Source: Bacteroidetes bacterium GWF2_38_335 (GTDB taxonomy: Bacteria > Bacteroidota > Bacteroidia > Bacteroidales > GWF2-38-335). Taken from it: a stretch of 64,000 nt of DNA. A program made the position numbers and the translations under genes. This document shows positions 8,760 through 16,698 of the stretch, piece by piece. The stretch's first letter is position 1. Each line of letters begins with the position of its first letter. The notes under the pieces are model-generated. The model was not told the DNA's origin. It was given only the letters and a program-made list of their open reading frames with translations, and ran no database searches. The DNA is taken from positions 128,414 through 192,413 of the forward strand of contig MEOH01000010.1 of the NCBI GenBank assembly GCA_001769535.1, given 5' to 3'.

Positions 8760-11700
8760 CTATCTCAATAATGTAACAAATCCTGCTTTTTCATGGTAGT
8801 TGCCGTTGCCATCAAGATAATTGACCATCCATGTATACACACCTGTTGGTGCCAAATCATTATCTTTAATGCGACCGTTCCATCCATAGGTGGCCGGAGT
8901 TTCCGGATCATAATCGGTTGTGCTGAAAACTGTTTCTCCCCATCTGTCGTAGATTATCATTGAAAAATCTGAACTTTCAATTCCGTTTCCTATAACGAAG
9001 AAAAATCCATTGTCACCGGCACTGTTTGGTTTGAACGCTGTTGGGGCATAGAAAGTAAATTCATCCTGAATGACAACTTTTGCTTCAGCAGTATCCACAC
9101 ATCCATAGATGCTTTGAACTACCAGTATTACATCATAAGTCTGAGGTTCATCATCATAAGGATGGGTAGGGTTGAAGAATTCTGATGAGTCTGAGTCTCC
9201 AAAATCCCAAAGATAAATGTCACCGCCAATGGAAGTGTTTTCAAAATGTACAATTGGGTTGACAATAGTTGTAATATATGGATTTGGTGTAAACTGAGCA
9301 ATGGGATTTGGATAAACGGTTATGTAATCATTTAACACAGCGGTGGCGGTACAACCGTATGCCGAAGTGGCGGTAAGTGTTACATCGTATACGCCGGCAT
9401 TTTCGTATAGATGAGACGGATTTTGTTGGTCTGAGGTATTATAGCTTTCGTAATCACCAAAATCCCATTCGAAAGTCCTGCCATCCAAATCATTTACTTC
9501 AACAAAGTGAACATCAAACGGAGCACAGGCAGCAGTGCTTTCAGCCATAAATGTTACAGGAGGAGGGGGCATCACAATCACGCCCACACTTCCTGATGCA
9601 TTGGGTGAGCCGCAGAGGTCATTGGCTGTGATTGTTATTGTCATGTTATCCAATGGGTATGTTTGATATGGAGGAGCTACAATGTTTCCATCCTGGTCGG
9701 TAACCATATATGGACCACCATTTCCTCCGGTAATTGTAGCAAATACAGTAACAGGTTCGCCCGGACAAATGGTGTCCTTTTCAGGAAGAACTGTCATGCT
9801 AATTGGCGGATGAACATTTACCACAACTTCTTCAGTTATGCTGCGGCAGTTATTCTGATCGACACAGAAAACTTCATATGTATTGGTAACAGTTGGACTG
9901 ACGGTGATTGAAGGAGTATTGTAGAAAGCTCCTGAGGTCATGTCTCTCCATGTGTATGTATAATCGGGTGCTCCGCCTGTTGCTGCGCCTGATAATATTG
10001 CAGATTGCCCAATGCAGATCCAACGGTCGGCAGGAGCGTTTACGTAAACTTTACCTGGATTATTCAGCGTAAGCGTGCCCGATGTGACACAATTATTTGC
10101 ATCGGTGACAAAAACTGTATATGTTCCGGCTGAAAGGGTTGAAACAGTTGAAGTTGTTGCGTTCGTCGGATCAGTCCACTGATAAGTATAAGGAGGTGTT
10201 CCGCCTGATGCAGAAACTGTTCCGGTACCATCGCTGCCATTGGAACATAAGGGGTCAGTTCCGGTAATGACAATGGCAATAGGAGTGGGCTGGTCGACTT
10301 CAAAGTTGGTGTTAATAGCGCAGTTATTGGCGTCAGAAACAGTTACTCCATAATTGATGTCAGCGCAAAGTGTATTTATCTGGCCGGTAGAAGTTACTCC
10401 CAAACCATTTGACCAACTATAGACATAAGGTTCAACTCCGCCGGTTATGGTAACATTAACCCTTCCGTTGCATAATCCGTTGCATGTTACATCGGTAGTG
10501 GTATAATCAACAGATAATGCCTGAGGGACATAAACATCTATTGAGTTTGAAGACATTGAAGTACAACCATTATGGGTAACGGAATTCAATGTAATGGTAT
10601 AGTCACCGAAAGTCATCCAGGTTACTTCGTAAGGACCCTGACCAGAGCCAGACAGGATAGTTGCTCCGTCGAAATTCCAGTCATATACGGCATCGACAGC
10701 ACCTATACCGGTAAAAGTAACATCCATGGTTCCTCCGGCACAGAGAATTTCACCTACTGTGAAGTCTGTTGAGGGCACCTGACTGACAACAATATCCAGT
10801 TCAAAATCGTCAGTGCATACATCATCATCAATGGTAAGGGAAACAGTTTGTGTTCCGGGAGTTGTCCACATCAGTTGATATGGTCCTGCACCGGTTCCGG
10901 AAACAACAGTGGCACCGTCAAAATCCCAGGTATAAACTGCATCCGGACCGGCAGTTCCGGTAAATGAAAGGGTTGTGCTGGCGCCGGCGCATACGCTGTC
11001 TGCCAGGGTAAATGAGGCAATTATTTCAGGGATAACAGTAATATCTACCGAAAGTACCGTGTCGGGGGTACAGGGAACCGTCATGGTTACCCAATAAGTT
11101 TGGGAAGCCGAAGGACTCACCGTTATATTTTGGGTGGTTTCGCCAGTACTCCAGAGCCAGGTAACGAGTGTTGGATCAAGAGCCGGGTTATAGGTTGTTG
11201 ATAAGGTAGCCGATTCATTCCAGCAAAGAGTTTCGTCATTTGAAATTACGGGATTGAGTTCGAAATTATCATGAATCCAGATGGTGTCATTTATGGTAGT
11301 AACAGAACATGGACATCCGTTTTCAAGTCCGAATACAATATACTCGGTTCCTTCGGGAAGGTTATCCACGATGGCTGAATAATATAGGGTGTCGTAAATT
11401 TCGCCCGGTAAAATATAGAAAGAAGTGGGGAAAGGAGTGATGTCAACACCGTTGACAGCAGTTCCGGTAAAATCAAGGACCACTTCAAGGCTATCCATGT
11501 TTGTTGTGTCAATGCGTTGGAAAACCCAATAGTTTTCGCATCCTTCGTACACTTCGTTTTCAGTACCGACTGAGGAAAAGTGGCTCATCATAACATCACC
11601 TCCAGAAGTAAATGAACCAGCTTCGAACATCACATATGATGTAAGAGAACCATCACCTGCATCGGCAATTACAAATTTAATATGGTAAGTTTCGCAAGGT

Positions 11701-13118
11701 ATCAAACCAGCCATTGTGGCGGTGATTGGAATTGTATAGCCACCAGTATTAAACTCTGGTCCGGCGGTCACATAGCCTCCAAAATAAGCTGAGTTATCAG
11801 TACCGTTAACTGTGGAAATAGTAATAGGGATGGTAGTACTTGGAATCACAGCGACATTCACTGCTCCATCGGCATATGGGCCGGCAATTCCCGGACCACT
11901 TACAAAAAATCCGAAAACGTCATTATAACTTGTATGTTCAAAGGTAGGATACTCATCAGAAGCGAAAACAAAATTGAATTCAGTTATTGCTGAAGAAGGC
12001 ACAAAGTCAAATTCGATCATTACCTGATCGTAAATTGAAGTAGAACCACCATTAGCAGATGAAATAGAGGAGATGTTTGCCATAACATCAGCACTTGATG
12101 TATTCCACATAATATTGTCACCAAAAGTATCATCTCCGCAAATATCACCCACAGCGCCACATCCCATTATAATACCAGTTTCAAAGCCGAAAACCGAACC
12201 ATTTGAAAACGCGCCGATAGCAACGTCCGGTCCGTCATAAACAACATTGGAAGCATCAAGACAACCGGTAATAAGAACTTCTTCAATAAGCTCAGAGGGG
12301 GTGTAGGCAGTTGTGCTGACTTCAAGCATGGGAGGGTTTTCCCAAACACAAATGTCAAAAGTACCCTGAAAATCATTATTGGGATCCCAGACACGAATCC
12401 ATACTGTTTGTCCGGCAAGTCCTTCAAGTTCAGAAACATAAACGCTTCCGGGCATTCCCCACGTTTGTTCAGCGCAGGCAATTTCAGTAAGGGTATTGCA
12501 ATCGGGTCCGGAGTAAATAGCTACTCCGCCTTCGGTCATTTCCTGAGCACCAAGGGTAACAGCAAGTCTGCCTGAAGCAGGAACAGTAGCAGTAAACCAT
12601 ACATCACCGCCCATAAAACTCCAGCTACATGATGGTGTAGGAACAGCAGTAGAATTTAAGGCAGATTCTGTGGTAAAAGTATGAAACACACAGGTTGAAG
12701 TTACGGGATCAAGAATTTCGGCAGTGCACGGCTGGTCATTGGAAGGGGGAGGAGGAGGTAATGCAGCACAATCGGCAGAAAATGTGCCGCCGGAGGGGAT
12801 TACACCGCCCTGGCCATCGCTCCAAACTGCATAGAAATTCGGGTTAGTGATTGTGTATTCATTCTCAGACTGCCAACTGCCGCCGGCATTGTATGTAACA
12901 ACAACGACATCGCCGGTATTTGCATTAAATGTGTAAGTAGCATCAGAACCTGTTGCAACGGTAATGTTGGTAAGTACGGCGACCCCGTTAACGGTAATGG
13001 TAATAGAGTTTCCATTCCATCCGTCACCAAAAGTGTCATGCAAATTCACCGTGAAGACACAGGAATAGGAGTTGAGCACTATAAATATTGAGAGTAATGT
13101 AAAAAACCTTTTCATCAC
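8760..13118 (-). CDS. Giant secreted adhesin-like protein: choice-of-anchor-L-like domain, SprB-type and PKD repeats, T9SS type B (gliding-motility) C-terminal domain
   Basis: ORF track, 1452 aa. Signal peptide. N-terminal DGWNG module. Choice-of-anchor-L-like block EFDFVPSS...FVFASDEYPTFEHTSYNDVFGFFVSGPG. SprB-type repeats CNGLCNGRVNVTITGGVEPYVYSW and GGTPPYTYQW. PKD-like FEWDFGD and YLWDFGD. CTD IIYDRWGETVF...WNGR...GVYTWMV...GFVTLLR. Confidence 0.85.
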   Translation of the reverse strand: MMKRFFTLLSIFIVLNSYSCVFTVNLHDTFGDGWNGNSITITVNGVAVLTNITVATGSDATYTFNANTGDVVVVTYNAGGSWQSENEYTITNPNFYAVWSDGQGGVIPSGGTFSADCAALPPPPPSNDQPCTAEILDPVTSTCVFHTFTTESALNSTAVPTPSCSWSFMGGDVWFTATVPASGRLAVTLGAQEMTEGGVAIYSGPDCNTLTEIACAEQTWGMPGSVYVSELEGLAGQTVWIRVWDPNNDFQGTFDICVWENPPMLEVSTTAYTPSELIEEVLITGCLDASNVVYDGPDVAIGAFSNGSVFGFETGIIMGCGAVGDICGDDTFGDNIMWNTSSADVMANISSISSANGGSTSIYDQVMIEFDFVPSSAITEFNFVFASDEYPTFEHTSYNDVFGFFVSGPGIAGPYADGAVNVAVIPSTTIPITISTVNGTDNSAYFGGYVTAGPEFNTGGYTIPITATMAGLIPCETYHIKFVIADAGDGSLTSYVMFEAGSFTSGGDVMMSHFSSVGTENEVYEGCENYWVFQRIDTTNMDSLEVVLDFTGTAVNGVDITPFPTSFYILPGEIYDTLYYSAIVDNLPEGTEYIVFGLENGCPCSVTTINDTIWIHDNFELNPVISNDETLCWNESATLSTTYNPALDPTLVTWLWSTGETTQNITVSPSASQTYWVTMTVPCTPDTVLSVDITVIPEIIASFTLADSVCAGASTTLSFTGTAGPDAVYTWDFDGATVVSGTGAGPYQLMWTTPGTQTVSLTIDDDVCTDDFELDIVVSQVPSTDFTVGEILCAGGTMDVTFTGIGAVDAVYDWNFDGATILSGSGQGPYEVTWMTFGDYTITLNSVTHNGCTSMSSNSIDVYVPQALSVDYTTTDVTCNGLCNGRVNVTITGGVEPYVYSWSNGLGVTSTGQINTLCADINYGVTVSDANNCAINTNFEVDQPTPIAIVITGTDPLCSNGSDGTGTVSASGGTPPYTYQWTDPTNATTSTVSTLSAGTYTVFVTDANNCVTSGTLTLNNPGKVYVNAPADRWICIGQSAILSGAATGGAPDYTYTWRDMTSGAFYNTPSITVSPTVTNTYEVFCVDQNNCRSITEEVVVNVHPPISMTVLPEKDTICPGEPVTVFATITGGNGGPYMVTDQDGNIVAPPYQTYPLDNMTITITANDLCGSPNASGSVGVIVMPPPPVTFMAESTAACAPFDVHFVEVNDLDGRTFEWDFGDYESYNTSDQQNPSHLYENAGVYDVTLTATSAYGCTATAVLNDYITVYPNPIAQFTPNPYITTIVNPIVHFENTSIGGDIYLWDFGDSDSSEFFNPTHPYDDEPQTYDVILVVQSIYGCVDTAEAKVVIQDEFTFYAPTAFKPNSAGDNGFFFVIGNGIESSDFSMIIYDRWGETVFSTTDYDPETPATYGWNGRIKDNDLAPTGVYTWMVNYLDGNGNYHEKAGFVTLLR

Positions 13119-13126
13119 TTATAATT

Positions 13127-13576
13127 TTAATTTAATATCTCGTTTGCTTTCAGAAAATTGATTTGATCCTTTTCAGGGTTGCGTGTATCTGCTTTTCCCA
13201 GATCAGAATTATCAACTGCTGATTTGTACCTGAAATTTTTATATAGTTCCAAAAAATATTCATCGTTATAATCCTTGAGGATTAACCCGGTAGTTGAAAA
13301 ACCCAGACTGGTAAGCTGGTTTATGATGTCTTCGGGACTTTTATCTTTACTCATCACCACGGTAATGATTTTTTTTCCAAAGTCAACCGAGCAGAACAGG
13401 GCATCGGTGTTTTTTAGAATGTGGTGGTTTACTTCGTATTCTTCCATCATATTTTTATTCTCAGTCAGGGTTAGTCTGATGAACTGAGTATTTTGAAAAT
13501 CAGTGCTTTGAGCCACCAAAAATGAGATGTTGATGATTATAAAAAGCATGAAAAAGAATAATTTTCTCATATTCAA
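13127..13576 (-). CDS. Small secreted hypothetical protein, probably co-transcribed with the giant adhesin gene (8-nt gap)
   Basis: ORF track, 149 aa. Signal peptide MNMRKLFFFMLFIIINISFLVAQ. No motif recognised. Confidence 0.5.
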   Translation of the reverse strand: MNMRKLFFFMLFIIINISFLVAQSTDFQNTQFIRLTLTENKNMMEEYEVNHHILKNTDALFCSVDFGKKIITVVMSKDKSPEDIINQLTSLGFSTTGLILKDYNDEYFLELYKNFRYKSAVDNSDLGKADTRNPEKDQINFLKANEILN

Positions 13577-13822
13577 ATATTTTTAATACAATGTATAGAC
13601 TCAATAATGGTAATAATGGTTGCCTTATTTTAAAAAATTTACATCAAAGGTTTTTGTTGCTTAAATATGTAAATAATCAATAATTTAGGTCATTACAAAA
13701 ATAAACTATTTGTGCTTGAAAAAAAATAGGTATTGGCAAGGATTTAAAATAGGTTAAATCACTTATATGAAACTATGTAGTTTTTTAAGGAATAGTGCGG
13801 GATAAAGCGGAGGTGAATGGGG

Positions 13823-13846
13823 GTGCCAAGTCGGGAGACTTGGCAC
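13823..13846 (-). terminator. Strong hairpin just downstream of the transporter stop (possible U-tract-less terminator)
   Basis: GTGCCAAGTC-GGGA-GACTTGGCAC, a perfect 10-bp stem about 20 nt from the stop at 13866. No T run follows on the minus strand, so its function is uncertain. Confidence 0.4.
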
Positions 13847-13865
13847 AGCTGCAAAACATTAATTT

Positions 13866-15464
13866 TTAAAAACTTGTTATTTCAAAATTGACGGTGGCAA
13901 TAAGGAGCAGAAGTCCAATAACGGTGAGCATAAGTATCAAAGGCCAAACCCATTTGAACCATTTATCGTAAGGGATTTTTGCAATTCCGAGTGCTCCGAT
14001 CAAAACACCTGAGGCAGGGGTAATCATGTTGGTAATTCCGTCGCCAAACTGGAAAGCCAGCACAACGGCTTGTTTTGAAATGCCTGCCAGATCGGCAAAC
14101 GGGGCCATAATTGGCATCATCAGAGCAGCTTTTGCTGAACCTGATGGTATTAAAATATTCATTCCTGTAGTGATTCCATACATGGCGCTTACCGAGCCGG
14201 TTTCACCAATGCCTTTCATGGAGTCGGAAACAGAATACATAAAAGTGTCCATTATTTTTCCATCCTGCAGCAATACTATAATTCCACCAGCCAGCCCAAC
14301 AATCAGAGCCGCTGATAATATATCCCTGACTCCGTCGAGAAATGATTTGGTTACTTCGTTTGCATTCATGCCTACGGCAAATCCTGAAATCAATCCCATT
14401 ACAAAGAATAAAGTCCCTATTTCAACCACATACCAGCCATATCCCATGGCACCCACAATCAGGAAAACTACGGTAAACATCAATAAATTAATGATATAAA
14501 AATGTACGGATTTTAAAAGGGTTAAGAAGCCGGTCAGGGCAAAAAGACCAGCGCAAATTGGTACGGCAGGAAAAACTATTGATTTATTACCCACCGTGAG
14601 TGTGGTTTCAGGGTATTCATAAGCAAATAACGCCAATGCAATAACTGTGAGGATATGGGTAACCCATGCGCTTACAGGAGTGTAATATTTAATTTTTTCT
14701 TCATTTACCGAATGTTGGCTTCTCCAATATTCATCGGCTTCGTACATGACTGATTTTTTCGGATTTTTTTTGATTTTTGCGGCATAAAAAAGAATAAAAG
14801 CAAAGCCTGCAGTATTCAAAATCAGCCAGCAGATAAACCTGTATTCAAATCCTGAGAACATCGGAACTTCAGCAATGCCCTGTGCAATACCAATTGTAAA
14901 CGGATTAAAGATTGCACCGGCAAACCCGATATGTGCGGCAACATAGACCAGGCAGACACCGACAATGCTGTCATAACCCATTGAAATAGCCAACGGAACC
15001 ATGATTACAATAAATGCGATGGTTTCTTCACTCATTCCAAAAATAGCTCCGAAAGCACTGAACATAAGCATGATGAGAACCATTACAATGTTGTTGACTC
15101 CGACTTTTTGCATGAATCTGTATTTTTCAAGTCTTCGTATCATTCTAAGAAAGACCATAATTCCAACATCCAAAGATTTGGTAGAGTTCATGATCCAGAA
15201 GGCACCGCCAATAAGCAAAATAAATATGATTATATGCGATTGGTTGGTGAAACCCGTAAAAAAAGCCGAAAAAACCTGCCATGTTTGGGGTATGCTGTCA
15301 ACTTCGTGATAGCTGCCATCAGCCACAACACTTTTTACCGAACCGTCTTCGAGTGTTTTATCAATTCGGTCGTATTCACCAGCAGGCACAATCCAGGTAA
15401 GGACTGCAATGATAATCATGATCATGAAAACGATGACGTATGTGTGGGGTACTTTCTTCAGCAT
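13866..15464 (-). CDS. YfcC/DcuC-superfamily polytopic membrane transporter
   Basis: ORF track, 532 aa. N-terminus MLKKVPHTYVIVFMIMIIIAVLTWIVPAGEYDR is characteristic of YfcC-family proteins. Many hydrophobic segments throughout. Confidence 0.75.
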   Translation of the reverse strand: MLKKVPHTYVIVFMIMIIIAVLTWIVPAGEYDRIDKTLEDGSVKSVVADGSYHEVDSIPQTWQVFSAFFTGFTNQSHIIIFILLIGGAFWIMNSTKSLDVGIMVFLRMIRRLEKYRFMQKVGVNNIVMVLIMLMFSAFGAIFGMSEETIAFIVIMVPLAISMGYDSIVGVCLVYVAAHIGFAGAIFNPFTIGIAQGIAEVPMFSGFEYRFICWLILNTAGFAFILFYAAKIKKNPKKSVMYEADEYWRSQHSVNEEKIKYYTPVSAWVTHILTVIALALFAYEYPETTLTVGNKSIVFPAVPICAGLFALTGFLTLLKSVHFYIINLLMFTVVFLIVGAMGYGWYVVEIGTLFFVMGLISGFAVGMNANEVTKSFLDGVRDILSAALIVGLAGGIIVLLQDGKIMDTFMYSVSDSMKGIGETGSVSAMYGITTGMNILIPSGSAKAALMMPIMAPFADLAGISKQAVVLAFQFGDGITNMITPASGVLIGALGIAKIPYDKWFKWVWPLILMLTVIGLLLLIATVNFEITSF

Positions 15465-15587
15465 GGCATTTTTTTTATGGGTGCTAAAATAGGAAAAAGT
15501 TTGTAAAGTTCACATTATGCGGTTTTCTGTTTATGCGAAAATATCGCCGGTTTCCAATTGTTTGTTTTTTAACCGTTTGTTTATTTT

Positions 15588-16176
15588 TGACTTGATGGAC
15601 TTCCAACTTTATGGACTTTCGACTTTATGGACTTTCGACTTTATGGACTTTGTAAACTTATCTTCTGATTAATTTTATCATTCATTTCCGCCGGAATGGG
15701 GCTTTTTGTTCTAATATGTATGTGGCCGGCGGTTTGGATTCTTTCATTATTAAACCCCGGCTTGAAAGCCGGGGCTGAATTTAGCCGGCCTTACAGGCCT
15801 GGATTACAAAAGAAAAAACTTCATCGACTTGATGAACTTTCGACTTTAAAGACTTTTAGCTTTACGGACTTTCGACTTTATGCACTTTTGACTTTATGGA
15901 CTTTCGACTTTATGGACTTTGTAACTTACCTTCTGATTGAACTTTTTCATTAATTCCGCCGGAAAAGGATTTTTCGTTCCAAGGTGTTCATGACCGGCGG
16001 TTTGGCTAATCTAACCTTTAAACCCCGGCTTGAAAGCCGGGGCTGAATTTAGCCGGCCCTGCAGGCCTGGGTAGCGGAAGAAAAAGCTTTAGCGACTTTA
16101 TGGACTTTCAACTTTACAGACTTTTAGCTTTACGGACTTTCAACTTTACGGACTTTCGACTTTATGGACTTTCATC
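15588..16176. repeat. Two diverged copies of a GC-rich hairpin element embedded in 8-nt phased GACTTT microrepeats
   Basis: Cores at about 15645-15810 and 15914-16080 share CCGCCGG...CCGGCGG and AAACCCCGGCTTGAAAGCCGGGGCTGAATTTAGCCGGCC. They are flanked by tracts such as CGACTTTATGGACTTTCGACTTTATGGACTTT. Same family as 58728-59390. Confidence 0.9.
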
Positions 16177-16276
16177 TTTAATCCATTTAATATCTTTTAA
16201 CTTTTTTTTCACAAACAAAAAGAATTTATAGCTTTATCTTTATCAGGCAATTAAAAAAGTATTAAAAAAAACTAAT

Positions 16277-16624
16277 ATGGAAAATTTCAACAAAAACTGG
16301 CTGGCAATCATGCTGATTTCATTTGTATTCCTGGTACTTGGCTTTTTACTGGGATGGGTTTTGAAACCCTGTCATGGTGACAAATTTCAAAAAATGATGC
16401 ATAAGGAAATGATGATGAATCCTCACAGTGGAGGTGGCTGCATGGGCGGTATGGAAAGCTGCTGTCCTGGTGGCGGACAAGGAATGTTTGACATGTCCAT
16501 GTGTGGTGGTGACATGGATTCTCTGAAAAACATTGATGTTAAAGTCACTGTTGATGATGAGGGCAATGTTACAAAATCTGCATGTTGCTCAAAGTCAAAA
16601 GTTATCGTTAAAAAAGTAGAATAA
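16277..16624 (+). CDS. Small membrane-anchored Met/Cys/Gly-rich protein (possible metal-binding protein)
   Basis: ORF track, 115 aa. N-terminal TM segment NWLAIMLISFVFLVLGFLLGWVL. Then MMHKEMMMNPHSGGGCMGGMESCCPGGGQGMFDMSMCGGDMD. A terminator follows. Confidence 0.6.
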   Translation: MENFNKNWLAIMLISFVFLVLGFLLGWVLKPCHGDKFQKMMHKEMMMNPHSGGGCMGGMESCCPGGGQGMFDMSMCGGDMDSLKNIDVKVTVDDEGNVTKSACCSKSKVIVKKVE

Positions 16625-16644
16625 TTTATCTGCTTTTTAAAAAA

Positions 16645-16678
16645 TAAAAAAACCCGGGATTCATTCCGGGTTTTTTTA
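16645..16678. terminator. Bidirectional rho-independent terminator between convergent genes
   Basis: AAAAAACCCGGGATTCATTCCGGGTTTTTTT: a GC stem flanked by an A run on the 5' side and a T run on the 3' side. It lies between the stops at 16624 (+) and 16699 (-). Confidence 0.8.
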
Positions 16679-16698
16679 TTTGCTGTTTATTGTATTGT

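Noticed and set aside
14026-14499. Antisense or alternative-frame ORFs inside real genes. Examples are 14026..14499, 15001..15506, 17762..18253, 5823..6191, 12167..12481 and 37574..37925.
   Set aside because: They lie entirely within longer ORFs that carry clear family motifs, and their translations are low-complexity or biased. They are shadow ORFs.
15696-15953. 85-aa ORF in the track crossing the repeat element.
   Set aside because: The same frame runs into a stop codon in the homologous copies at 58.7-59.4 kb, where the track shows no ORF at all. Its sequence is just the translated palindromes and 8-mers. I treat it as non-coding.
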